This document shows positions 39,359 to 48,781 of a stretch of DNA of 64,000 bases, one piece after another. Origin of the DNA: Chthoniobacteraceae bacterium (GTDB lineage: Bacteria > Verrucomicrobiota > Verrucomicrobiia > Chthoniobacterales > Chthoniobacteraceae). The stretch lies in assembly GCA_031409335.1 (NCBI GenBank), contig JANNWY010000193.1, positions 32,001 through 96,000 of the forward strand. The letters run 5' to 3'. The notes under the pieces are model-generated. The model did not search any database and was not told the origin of the DNA. It saw only the letters and a program-made list of their open reading frames with translations. A program made the translations under genes and the position numbers. Position 1 is the stretch's first letter. Every line of letters begins with the position of its first letter.

Positions 39359-41369
39359 AGCAACACCGCTCGCCGCGGTCGCAGCGAAAATCGAGGCATC
39401 GCTGGCTGCGTCGAAGGTCCAGCTCACTCTTGGCGGCGAACCCACCTATGTTCCCATCAATCCCGACGGCCAGGAATGGAACATCACCGCGCTCGGGCCC
39501 ACCAAACTCCGCTACGCATACGCGCTCGCCGATGCCTTGATCGCGCAGTCCCTGCCCGGAGCCGTCACCTTTTTTTCCCCAGGAAAATACTACCCTGGTG
39601 AAGGCAACCCACGGTGGGCGCTGAACCTGGTCTGGAACACGGATGGAAAGCCCTTGGTCCCCGCACTGGCAAAGGCATTGCCTGCGAAACTGCCCAACCC
39701 AGGAGACATCGAAGCGTTCAAATCGACCCTGCTGAAAAGCCTTAAACAAAAGGCAAACTGGCTGCGCGCCGCCGATCCACTCATCCCGCGCCACTCCGCA
39801 TGGGTGCTGCCATTGGATCACGACGGCAAGCATTTCCGCAGCGATCACTGGAAGCTGGGAAGGCGGATCGAACTACTGCGAACCGAAGGCCCGGCTGGTC
39901 TCCGGCTGCCGCTGGATCTCCTGCCAAACGATGTCGGCAAACGCGCGCTCACCATCGAAGTCCGCGACGACCAATTTCACGTTTTCCTGCCGCCGCTCTT
40001 GCAGCCAGCCTTTCTCACCCTGCTCGAAAAGATCGTGTCCGCCCTTCGCAAAGCGGGCATCGGTCCGGCTATTTTTTCCGGCTATATCCCCAGTGATGAC
40101 TCGGATCGCTGGTGCAAACTCGGCATCGCCGCGGACCCCGGCGTGATTGAAGTAAACCTTCCACCCTGCCTTGCCTGGGTGGACTACGATGGGTGGCTGC
40201 ACAGACTTGAGAAGGCATGCGTTCCAGTTGGCCTGCGTTCGTTCAAAGAAACCCCGGACGGTCAATCGCTGGGAAGTGGCGGAGGCAATCACGTCCTGTT
40301 CGGAGGCCCGACGCTGGATACCAATCCACTCTTTACCCATCCGCGATGGGTCACGTCGATCCTTCGCTACTGGCAGCACCACCCTCCGCTTGCCTACCTT
40401 TTCACCGGTCAATACGTTGGCGCATCGTCCCAAGCGCCGCGGCCCGATGAATCAAGTCGGTCGCTCTATGATCTGGAGATGGCCTACCAGTTTCTCGAGA
40501 CGCTACCCGAAGGCGATCACCGTTTCCTGCTAAGTGAAACCATCCGCCATCTGCACACCGATGGCAGCGGCAATACCCATCGCAGCGAAGCCAGTTTCGA
40601 TAAGTTTTGGAATGTCAGTTTCGAGGGCGGCTGTCGCGGATTGCTGGAGTTTCGAGCCATCGAAACGTTTCCGCACGCCAGTTGGATGTCGGCGATCTGC
40701 CTGCTCTGGCGCGCGCTGGCCTCATGGCTGCTCGATCATCCCTTCTCGAAGCCACTGATCGACCACGGCGAAAAGCTGCATGACTACTACTTCCTGCCGA
40801 CCTGCCTGTGGGCGGATTTTGAGATCGTGCTCCGGGATTTGCGAAAGGGTGGCTTTGCCATGCCTGTCGATGTCTTTCGCGCCATCGCAGCCTGGCGCTT
40901 TCCCACCCTGCTTCACTTTTCAAATGGTCCGGCCACCCTCACGATCCGCAAGGCACTCGAAGACTGGCCGCTTTTGTGTGAAACACCGCTTGAAGGCGGA
41001 ACCACGAGTCGATTCGTGGATACTTCGATCGAACGACTGGAGTTTGTCGCGAATCGGGACTTCGCCCACTCGTACGAAATCCGCGTCCAAGGTCGGCGAC
41101 TGACCCTCGACCGTTTCCCCGGCAATCAATTTGGAGCCGGCCTGCGCTATCGTCGTACCGCGCTCCACCCTTCTCTTCATCCGGGAATGCCTCCGCAAAT
41201 TCCGCTGGTGTTGTCCATCAAAAGCGATGAGGCGACCGCATTCTTCCAACTCGAAACGGGTCGCCGGATCTTTACCGCCACCTCTGCAAAGACCGCGAGC
41301 CGCCCCAGCCTTCGCCCATGCAAAAGCCTCCACCCAGGCCTGCTCACCCGCGATTTGCGGCTGGCTTGA
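39351..41369 (+). CDS. DUF2126 putative amidoligase
   Basis: LTLGGEPTYV, GKYYPGEGNPRW, DPGVIEVN, GGGNHVLFGG, SQAPRPDE, GNTHRSE, GLLEFRA. Confidence 0.88.
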   Translation: MTKATPLAAVAAKIEASLAASKVQLTLGGEPTYVPINPDGQEWNITALGPTKLRYAYALADALIAQSLPGAVTFFSPGKYYPGEGNPRWALNLVWNTDGKPLVPALAKALPAKLPNPGDIEAFKSTLLKSLKQKANWLRAADPLIPRHSAWVLPLDHDGKHFRSDHWKLGRRIELLRTEGPAGLRLPLDLLPNDVGKRALTIEVRDDQFHVFLPPLLQPAFLTLLEKIVSALRKAGIGPAIFSGYIPSDDSDRWCKLGIAADPGVIEVNLPPCLAWVDYDGWLHRLEKACVPVGLRSFKETPDGQSLGSGGGNHVLFGGPTLDTNPLFTHPRWVTSILRYWQHHPPLAYLFTGQYVGASSQAPRPDESSRSLYDLEMAYQFLETLPEGDHRFLLSETIRHLHTDGSGNTHRSEASFDKFWNVSFEGGCRGLLEFRAIETFPHASWMSAICLLWRALASWLLDHPFSKPLIDHGEKLHDYYFLPTCLWADFEIVLRDLRKGGFAMPVDVFRAIAAWRFPTLLHFSNGPATLTIRKALEDWPLLCETPLEGGTTSRFVDTSIERLEFVANRDFAHSYEIRVQGRRLTLDRFPGNQFGAGLRYRRTALHPSLHPGMPPQIPLVLSIKSDEATAFFQLETGRRIFTATSAKTASRPSLRPCKSLHPGLLTRDLRLA

Positions 41370-41375
41370 AGAAAC

Positions 41376-41450
41376 TGGTAGGCAGTGAGGGATTCGAACC
41401 CCCGACCAACAGTGTGTAAAACTGCCGCTCTACCACTGAGCTAACTGCCC
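41376..41450 (-). tRNA. tRNA-Val(TAC)
   Basis: 75-nt cloverleaf GGGCAGTTAGCTCAGTGGTAGAGC...TTTACAC...GGTTCGAATCC...ACCA. Confidence 0.97.
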
Positions 41451-41508
41451 GAACGAACCGCTACTATGGCGTGCTTTGCCCCGACGGCAAGCCTTGACTC
41501 GCCATCGC

Positions 41509-42072
41509 TTAATACTGAAGAACGACTGGCGTGCCAATCTCCGCATTGGCGAAAAAGTGCATCGCCATTTCGCGCGGCAGACGCACGCAACCATGCGAAG
41601 CGCGATGACCGGGAACCCGGCCGGCGTGCAATCCATACCCAGCGTGGAACCGCAAAAAGTATGGCATCTTTGCCCCCTTGAATTTCGCCCCGGCCGGCGC
41701 GCGATCTTTGGTAACGTCCACATTGCTGCGCACCACATCCCCGCCGTCGCCGACAAACTGCCCATACAGATTCGAGGCGTGATCCTTGTCTTTCTGGATC
41801 ACCTTGTAATCACCCGGCGGCGTCTCAAATCCCTTCTTCCCCGTGGATGTAACCGACTCGCCAACCAAGGTGCCATCGCGAAAGAAATACACCCGTTGCC
41901 GGCTCAGATCGATCACGATTTTTGGTTCGCCCGGAACGTTGTCCCCTTTCCAAAAGCTCTGCTTCTTGATTGGGAGCGCTTTCTTGACCACAACTGGCTT
42001 TGGCGGCGGCGGAGTCACGCAGCCGGACAGTGCTAGCGTCAGGAAGAGTGCGGCAAATAGGGCGGGTTTCAT
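41509..42072 (-). CDS. L,D-transpeptidase (YkuD family) lipoprotein
   Basis: LSGC lipobox; MPYFLRF, GLHAG, ASHGCVRL. Confidence 0.92.
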   Translation of the reverse strand: MKPALFAALFLTLALSGCVTPPPPKPVVVKKALPIKKQSFWKGDNVPGEPKIVIDLSRQRVYFFRDGTLVGESVTSTGKKGFETPPGDYKVIQKDKDHASNLYGQFVGDGGDVVRSNVDVTKDRAPAGAKFKGAKMPYFLRFHAGYGLHAGRVPGHRASHGCVRLPREMAMHFFANAEIGTPVVLQY

Positions 42073-42454
42073 TGGAGACTGGAAAAGATTGGACGGGGGA
42101 GAGTAGGTATGAACTTCATGCTGGCAAGAAAATCATGCCGCGACACGCAACAGATTGATCTCGCGACAGTTTCGAGTCTTGAGTTAGTGCTTGCGATTAG
42201 CCAATCCACCTCCAAAAGCGGTCGCCATGAAGCCAGTCAATCCCCGAATCGCAGCCTTGGAAAAACTCATCACCTGCGAGGAAGAACGGGCAATCGCCCA
42301 AAGTCAGTGGGACGCCATCGATTGGCGTGTCCCCGCACTGAGAACGCATCCGGAAAGGCGATTTCACACGCTCTCGTGCCGGGGCGATCTCCTGTGCGAG
42401 ATCGCCGGAAGCAAGGCAGCCCTGAATGGGCGGGACACCCAGGTGCCTGTTGGA

Positions 42455-42539
42455 TGCGCCGCCCTTTCAGGGCTGAGATGTTCTGGTTACTGTTACCCAG
42501 GGCGTTGCCCTAGGCTGTGTTGTTTCAGCCTTTCAGGCT
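42455..42539. repeat. REP-like repeat (CCCTTTCAGGGCT / CCCAGGGCGTTGCCCTAGG type)
   Basis: Short hairpin units GCCCTTTCAGGGC, CCCAGGGCGTTGCCCTAGG, AGCCTTTCAGGCT in an intergenic region. Confidence 0.6.
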
Positions 42540-42567
42540 TGGGAAGGACAGAGTTTGCAAACAGGTT

Positions 42568-42727
42568 CTAGCTGCCTGTTGAAGAAGTCGCGGATTCCCA
42601 TTCCGGACTCCTGCTCTTGCTCTTGCTCTTGATCCTCTGTGCCACGGAGTCATCAACCCTCGGGATCGCGATCAGGAGCAAGAGCAGGATCAGGAGCCCA
42701 CCCGGATGTTTTTCAACAGGCTGCTAG
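42568..42727. mobile_element. MITE-like element with 15-bp TIRs, CTAG flanks and an internal hexamer hairpin (copy 2, 42608-42696)
   Basis: CTAG-CTGCCTGTTGAAGAA ... TTTTTCAACAGGCTG-CTAG (13/15 inverted match). Confidence 0.65.
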
Positions 42728-43048
42728 GGCCTGGTCTGGGTGGATAGGTCAGCCTGACTGATGTGCCACCGGAAATCCGACCGGTCGCGTTTCATCCGCA
42801 TTGGCAGACGCTCAGTCCCAATGAGATGTGGTCGGGCGGGTTTGCAAGATGTCGCGATGCGAATGTCTTTTGCGGATGTTACGGCCGCGCGATTCCTTAC
42901 GAAAAACGAGTTGGCGTGAGGACGGGAAGTGGAAGATGGCGCTCGACGCATCATGCATCGTTCCGCCGCGAACCGCACTCGGCTCACGCGTTTGTTGCCG
43001 GCCTCTGGCTTTTCGCCTATGTCACCGCTTCTAAAAATTCCGCGAACC

Positions 43049-43774
43049 TTGAAAATTACTCTCTTCATCCCGTGTTTTGTGGACCTCTGCTTTCCGAAAG
43101 CGGGCATTGGCATGGTGAAAATCTTCGAGCAACTCGGGCACGAGGTGGAATACAAACCGGAGATCACGTGCTGCGGACAGCCGGCGTTCAATTCGGGATA
43201 TTGGGAAGAAGCGCGACCGGTCGCGGAGCGGACGCTCGATTTGCTCTCAGACGCGGATGTGGTCGTGAGCGCATCCGGCTCGTGTGGGGCGATGCTGAAG
43301 GTTTTTTACGGCGACCTGTTTAACGGAACCCCGCGTGAGGCGTCTGCGAAGCGGCTGGCTTCGCGCTGCTTTGAGTTTTCCGAATTCCTGGTCGATCAAC
43401 TCGGCGTCACCGACCTCGGCGCGCGGTTTCCTGGGAAGGCCACCTTTCACGATGGCTGTCATGGGATGCGCGAACTCGGCGTGAAATCGCAGCCACGCAA
43501 GCTGCTGGAGAAAGTGGTCGGGCTCGAAATGGTCGAGATGAAGGAGGCGGAAAGCTGCTGCGGCTTTGGCGGCACTTTCGCCGCGAAATTCCCCGCCATC
43601 TCCACCGCCATGGGCGAGGTAAAGTGTGCGTCCGCCGTGGAGACCGGCGCGGACTTCATCATCTCGAATGATTCGAGCTGCCTGATGCAAATCCAGGGTC
43701 TGCTCGACCGTCAGGGAAAACGAATGAAGACGCTCCACCTCGCGGAGGTGCTCGCGAGCCGGGCGGGCGATTGA
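43049..43774 (+). CDS. (Fe-S)-binding CCG-domain protein, LutA/YkgE family
   Basis: LFIPCFVD, TCCGQPAFNSG, SGSC, HDGCH, CCGFGGTF, SCLMQI. Start uncertain (43019 or 43049). Confidence 0.9.
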   Translation: MKITLFIPCFVDLCFPKAGIGMVKIFEQLGHEVEYKPEITCCGQPAFNSGYWEEARPVAERTLDLLSDADVVVSASGSCGAMLKVFYGDLFNGTPREASAKRLASRCFEFSEFLVDQLGVTDLGARFPGKATFHDGCHGMRELGVKSQPRKLLEKVVGLEMVEMKEAESCCGFGGTFAAKFPAISTAMGEVKCASAVETGADFIISNDSSCLMQIQGLLDRQGKRMKTLHLAEVLASRAGD

Positions 43775-43867
43775 CGCTGCCATGTGGCAGGCACATCGCC
43801 CATGCACCAATGAGCGCACTTGCCCGAAGCCGACGTTGATATTCGGCGCTCCACGCCCGGAGCGGCG

Positions 43868-45580
43868 TTAGTGATCCTCCGCAGTCACCTGGAGAACTTC
43901 CTCGAGCGTCGTGATGCCCTGTTTTGCTTTGTCAATTCCGACGACGCGCAGGGTTTTCATGCCCTCGCTGATTGCCTGATTTTTAATCACGGCGGCGCTC
44001 GCCCGTTTGATGATGAGACGCCGCACGGGCTCGGAAATAGGGAGCACTTCGATGATTGCCGCGCGGCCCGAATAACCGCGGCGTTTGCAGCGGTCGCAGC
44101 CCGCGCCGTGGTAGAAGGTGGTGCCGATCATTTCCTCGATGCCGAGCTTGGTGAAGAGTTCCGGGTCCGGCACGAACTCCTCCTTGCAGTTCTGGCAGAC
44201 GCGCCGCACGAGACGCTGGGCGCAGGTGAGGATGGTCGAGGAGGCGATGAGGAACGGCTCGATGCCCATGTCGTCGAGTCGCGCGATCGCGCCGGCGGCG
44301 TCGTTCGTGTGCAAAGTGGAGAGCACTTGGTGGCCGGTGAGCGCGGCTTTCACGGCGATGTCGGCGGTTTCGTTGTCGCGAATTTCACCGATCATCACGA
44401 TGTCCGGGTCCTGGCGCAGGATCGAGCGGAGCGCGTCGGCGAAGCTGAGTCCGATGTCCGCTTTCACCGCGACCTGATTCACGCCGGGAAGCTGGTACTC
44501 GATCGGGTCTTCGACGGTGACGATGTTGTAGTTCGGCGAATTCAACTCCTGGAGCACGGAGTAAAGTGTGGTCGTTTTTCCCGAGCCGGTCGGGCCGGTG
44601 ACGAGGATCATCCCGTGCGGCGCGGCGACCGCTTTTTTGAAAACGTTCACCGTGTAGTCGTCCATGCCGAGCGTATCGACTGAGCCCGAGAGCGCGCCTT
44701 TGTCGAGAATACGGATGACGATCTTTTCGCCGTAAACGGTGGGCAGCAGCGAGATGCGGAGATCGACTTCTTTTCCCGAAACGCGAATGCGGAACCGGCC
44801 ATCCTGCGGCAGACGACGCTCGGCGATGTCGAGGCCCGAAAGAATTTTGATGCGCGATGCCATCGCGAGCTGGAGCGCCTTGGGCGGCGAGCTGGCCTCG
44901 ATCAGATTGCCATCCACGCGGTAGCGCAGCTTCACGGTTTTTTCGAAGGGCTCGATGTGAATGTCCGATGCCTTTTCCTTGAGCGCCTGCACGAGGATCA
45001 GGTTCACGATTTTCACCACGGGCGCGTCCTCGGATTCGACGGCGAGCTTGTCGAGGTCGATGTCCTCACGCTTCAACTTCACTTCCTCGACGCTGTCGGC
45101 CTGGGCCTGCGCGTCCTTCAGCACTTGCTCCATCGAAGTTCCCGAAGTGCCGACGCCACTGAGCGCCTCGGTGATGCTCCGCTCAGTCGTGATCATCGGC
45201 ACGATTTCGAGCTTCGTCCGCTGACGCAGGTCATCGAGTGCCAGCACGTTTAGCGGATCGGCCATCGCCACGAACAGCTTGTTCCCGAGCTTGCACACCG
45301 GCGCCAGTTTGTGTGTGCGCGCCATGTCCTTTGGCACGAGTTCCTGCAGCTCTTCCGGCACGCGGACTTTCGACAAATTGATCGGCGGCGTATCCAGGCA
45401 GCGCCCGGTCGCGATCACCATGTCCTGCTCGGTGACGTAGTTTTTGTCGGTCAGGATTTTCAGCAGTCTGCCGCCCTGCTTTTTCTGCAATTCCGTGGCT
45501 TCCTCAAATTGATTGGGGAGCAGCAGTCCATCTTCGATCAGGACATCCGCGATACGTTCACCGAGAGCTTTGACGGCCAT
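43868..45580 (-). CDS. type IV pilus assembly / T2SS ATPase (PilB/GspE)
   Basis: ASDIHIEP, RLPQDGR, GPTGSGKTT, LRQDPD, TGHQVLSTLHTN, Zn motifs CQNC/CDRC. Confidence 0.95.
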   Translation of the reverse strand: MAVKALGERIADVLIEDGLLLPNQFEEATELQKKQGGRLLKILTDKNYVTEQDMVIATGRCLDTPPINLSKVRVPEELQELVPKDMARTHKLAPVCKLGNKLFVAMADPLNVLALDDLRQRTKLEIVPMITTERSITEALSGVGTSGTSMEQVLKDAQAQADSVEEVKLKREDIDLDKLAVESEDAPVVKIVNLILVQALKEKASDIHIEPFEKTVKLRYRVDGNLIEASSPPKALQLAMASRIKILSGLDIAERRLPQDGRFRIRVSGKEVDLRISLLPTVYGEKIVIRILDKGALSGSVDTLGMDDYTVNVFKKAVAAPHGMILVTGPTGSGKTTTLYSVLQELNSPNYNIVTVEDPIEYQLPGVNQVAVKADIGLSFADALRSILRQDPDIVMIGEIRDNETADIAVKAALTGHQVLSTLHTNDAAGAIARLDDMGIEPFLIASSTILTCAQRLVRRVCQNCKEEFVPDPELFTKLGIEEMIGTTFYHGAGCDRCKRRGYSGRAAIIEVLPISEPVRRLIIKRASAAVIKNQAISEGMKTLRVVGIDKAKQGITTLEEVLQVTAEDH

Positions 45581-45589
45581 AAAATCGAA

Positions 45590-46561
45590 CTATGCGGAAG
45601 CTGCTGTGAGCTTGAATTCCGAGGGTTCCGGACCGCCGCCGATGATGCCCGGCGGCGCGACGCGATAGATTTCGCTCAGCACCTTGGTAACCGCGATCGG
45701 CGAGGCGAGATGCCATTGGATGTTAAAATCGAGCAGCTTCTGGACGGCCTCCTTGCCATCGGCATCGAAGGGATTCGCCATCGCGACCATCAGCGTCCGG
45801 CCCATGACATCGAATGGCACGATCAAGCGCCCGAGCGTGAGTGAATCCGGCAGCATCTTCACCACCTGGCGGTCCACCTCGTAGTATTCGAGGGGAATGT
45901 AGGCCAGTTTCGAGCGATCCACGATGGTGCAGAGCGTGGTTTCCAAATCCAGACCCGCCCGGCGCGCCACCTCATCGAGCAGCGAATGCGCCATCGTGTT
46001 TGCCGCGAGATCCTTGTTCTTTTTCGACACACGCTCGTGCGACGCCTTCACGATGTCCTGTGGCGCGATCCGGTGAATGAGCAGAAATTTCATGAGCAGC
46101 TCGTTGCCATCGTCCACGAGCAATCTCGTCGCCGCATCGATCGCAGCCGCGCTCCTCGACGGGGCTTTCATCGTGCTGCCGGTGGCGATGATCTGGCTGT
46201 TCCGAGTCGTGGTCACAGGCAGTTCCGTCTCCGCGATCGTCCCGTTCTCCCTGGCGATCCGTAGCTTTTCCTCCAGATCGCCGAACGCCTCCATCGCCTC
46301 CACATTGGCCGGGTCGTGTTCGAGGATGTATTCGTACTCCTTTGCCGCGCGGGGATACTGCTCCGCCTGAGTAAAGATTTCGCCTAGTTTACGCGCCGCA
46401 TCCACTGCCTCGGGCACCTGGCCGATTCTCACGAATGCATCTTTCAGAATCTCGAGTGATTGCGCGTCCTGGGGGGATGCCTGGACGATCACGCCAAACA
46501 TCTCAATGGTTTGCATGATTTGCTCCCGTTCTTCAGGAGTTGGCGGATTGATTTGGCTCAT
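45590..46561 (-). CDS. TPR plus GspE/PilB N-terminal-domain protein
   Basis: N-terminal TPR-like helices; C-terminal IVPF...LMVAMANPFD resembles the adjacent ATPase N-domain (VAMADP). Confidence 0.75.
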   Translation of the reverse strand: MSQINPPTPEEREQIMQTIEMFGVIVQASPQDAQSLEILKDAFVRIGQVPEAVDAARKLGEIFTQAEQYPRAAKEYEYILEHDPANVEAMEAFGDLEEKLRIARENGTIAETELPVTTTRNSQIIATGSTMKAPSRSAAAIDAATRLLVDDGNELLMKFLLIHRIAPQDIVKASHERVSKKNKDLAANTMAHSLLDEVARRAGLDLETTLCTIVDRSKLAYIPLEYYEVDRQVVKMLPDSLTLGRLIVPFDVMGRTLMVAMANPFDADGKEAVQKLLDFNIQWHLASPIAVTKVLSEIYRVAPPGIIGGGPEPSEFKLTAASA

Positions 46562-46730
46562 GGGCAGATTCTCAATCCGCATAGAGCTAAATGCGTGCCT
46601 TGGTTTGCATCGGAAAGTTCACGAATCGCAGTTCGCGGCACGCGATCCGCGCCCCCATGCGATCGGGCGCAAGCGGATACGAAGATGGGAGGAGGAACAC
46701 AAATCGATCCAAAAGCGGCGATGGAGATTG

Positions 46731-46858
46731 CCGCGGAGGCGACGGAGGACGCGGAAAACGCGGATGAGGAAGAGCTTGCGTTCGGTATTGCCGGGAGAGC
46801 TTCGTTCACCCAATCGGTGAGTGGCTCAAGGCTCGCAATCTCCGCGTCCTCCGCGGTT
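46731..46858. repeat. REP-like inverted repeat (CCGCGGAGGACGCGGA type)
   Basis: CCGCGGAG..CGGAGGACGCGGA ... TCCGCGTCCTCCGCGG. Confidence 0.65.
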
Positions 46859-46900
46859 CTCTTCGCCAAATCGAGGATGAAATTGGTGACTTTTCCATCA

Positions 46901-46932
46901 CAACCTTTTGTCGCATATGCAACAAAAGGTTG
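46901..46932. repeat. 32-bp palindrome (terminator, REP or operator)
   Basis: CAACCTTTTGT-CGCATATGCA-ACAAAAGGTTG. Confidence 0.7.
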
Positions 46933-46968
46933 CAGTGGCTTCGTGGCTCGCGTCCAGGTGCCGGGCGC

Positions 46969-48582
46969 TTACCGTCCCGCCCGGGCCAGCTCTGCTGTGC
47001 GCCGATACTGCGCCCGGAAACCATCCGCCAGCTCCTTCGCGAGTTGCACTTCCTTGATCCTCTTTTCCGGGCCGAGCGCCTGCTTGATCCGCCCGCTTGC
47101 GGCGTCGTAATCGACCGCGCTCACCTGCGCGAACGCTGCCATCGCCTCCGGCGGAAACCCCGCCGCGATCAGCGCGCCCCACGCTTCCTTCAGCTCATCG
47201 TGGGTGTCGATGCACATCACGCGGAAGATGAAGGCGATGCTGCGAAACAGCGGTGCGCTCCACTTTTCGTGGTAGGTGAAAGTCTTCGCGAGTTCATAGG
47301 GATTCACCTCGGGATCGCTCCGCAACTGCTTGAATTCCGGCGCGAAAAGCTGCGGCAAAATCGGCAGCCGGCGCAGCGCGTATCGTTGCGGCCCGCCGGG
47401 GGTGCCGATTTTCCAATTCCAAAGTTTCTGCCCCTCCGGCGACATCACAAATGCGATGAACTCCTTCGCCACATCCGCGTTTGGCGCGCCGCGGAAAAGC
47501 CCGATCGGATCGACGCCGACCGAGGTTCCGCCCGCCGCGTTAACGTATTGCACATGCGATGAGCCGTCCGGCTTCACCACATCCTCGCTCTGGAAACGCC
47601 CGTAAAAATCAATCGTCATCCCCGCCGCCGCCTCGCCCGCGGCGACGTCGATCGAGATTTTCGTCGAGGCATTGGTGAAGTAGCGCGAGTTCGCGCCGAT
47701 CCGCATCAGCAGCCGCATCGCCTGCGCCCAGCCCGCGCGCACCGCCTGCATTTCCTCGTCAGGTGAAAGTTTCCCGCCTTCGACCTTCGACTTTCGACCT
47801 TCGACCTCCGCCTGCATCTGCTGCTGGATCAGCATCTCGAAGGATTTGTTCACCGAACTGCTCTGCGTCGGATTCGCCAGCGCGATCTCGTGGAAGTAGG
47901 CGGGCTCGCCGAGGTCGTCCCATCGCGTCGGCGGCTGCGCGATGCCGAGGCGCGCGAGTGAGTCGGTGTTGTAAACGATGCCGAAGGACGACACGACATT
48001 CCCCAGCCAGCGCCCCTGCGGATCGTAAAATGGCTCGCCGCTCAATGTCTGCGGGACGGTCTGCTCATTGAAAATCTCGGGATGCGCCGCGACGAAACCG
48101 CAATCGACGAGGTAACCCGCCGCGGCTTGCGATTGGAAATCGAACGCGCCGCCGCCGAAAAACAAATCCATCTTGCAGGAAACGTTCGATGCCAAAAACG
48201 CGTTGCGCGCCTCCTGTGCGAGCGGGTCGTCCACGGGCGCTTTTGGGTTCGCGAAATTCCGCTCGACCGCCGCGCTCCATGGCCTGCCGAGCGTGCGCGT
48301 CCAGTAGTTTTGAAACGCGCCGACGTATTCCCCGGCCACGTATCGCCCGATCTCGCTCGTCCCGCCCGGCGTGCGAAAATCCATGTGAACGCGCCGCCCG
48401 AACTTCTTTTCGTAGTGGGCGGAAAACGCGCGCCCAAATTCTGCGCGGATCGCTTCATTGTGCGGCGTGATCAAAATCAGCGCGCGCTCACCAGCCTTCG
48501 GAGCCGCATCACGCTTGGGCCGCAGGGCGATCGGTCCGAGCAGAACGACAAGCAGGGCAAAGATGAGCGCGGCGTTTTTCAT
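46969..48582 (-). CDS. ABC transporter substrate-binding protein (Fe3+/AfuA-like)
   Basis: ITPHNEAIR, DLFFGGG, GIVYN, PTRWDDL, ANPTQSSS, FIAFVMSPEGQKLW. Confidence 0.85.
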   Translation of the reverse strand: MKNAALIFALLVVLLGPIALRPKRDAAPKAGERALILITPHNEAIRAEFGRAFSAHYEKKFGRRVHMDFRTPGGTSEIGRYVAGEYVGAFQNYWTRTLGRPWSAAVERNFANPKAPVDDPLAQEARNAFLASNVSCKMDLFFGGGAFDFQSQAAAGYLVDCGFVAAHPEIFNEQTVPQTLSGEPFYDPQGRWLGNVVSSFGIVYNTDSLARLGIAQPPTRWDDLGEPAYFHEIALANPTQSSSVNKSFEMLIQQQMQAEVEGRKSKVEGGKLSPDEEMQAVRAGWAQAMRLLMRIGANSRYFTNASTKISIDVAAGEAAAGMTIDFYGRFQSEDVVKPDGSSHVQYVNAAGGTSVGVDPIGLFRGAPNADVAKEFIAFVMSPEGQKLWNWKIGTPGGPQRYALRRLPILPQLFAPEFKQLRSDPEVNPYELAKTFTYHEKWSAPLFRSIAFIFRVMCIDTHDELKEAWGALIAAGFPPEAMAAFAQVSAVDYDAASGRIKQALGPEKRIKEVQLAKELADGFRAQYRRTAELARAGR

Positions 48583-48601
48583 GACGCGTGGAAGTCGAAA
48601 C

Positions 48602-48766
48602 TCCGGGGAGCGCACTCGTTCCGAGTGCTGGATTCGGCGTCCCGCCGAAACGAACTTTGAAAACCATCCGAATCCAATTTGCGGATCTCATTCCCTAAGA
48701 GCGCGCGGGAAAGTCCGTCGAGGCGGGACGCCGCGACCAGCACTCGGGACGAGCGCGCTCCCCGGA
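48602..48766. repeat. REP-like long palindrome (copy B, full length)
   Basis: TCCGGGGAGCGCACTCGT... / ...ACGAGCGCGCTCCCCGGA arms; homologous to 15220-15352. Confidence 0.85.
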
Positions 48767-48781
48767 TTCTTTGCGCCGCCT

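Noticed and set aside
41369..41450. Second integrated element at tRNA-Val(TAC)
   Set aside because: No duplicated tRNA 3' end and no integrase nearby.
42109..42571. ORFs between the L,D-transpeptidase and lutA-like genes
   Set aside because: They run into repeat sequence and have no recognisable domain. A short peptide or gene remnant cannot be excluded.
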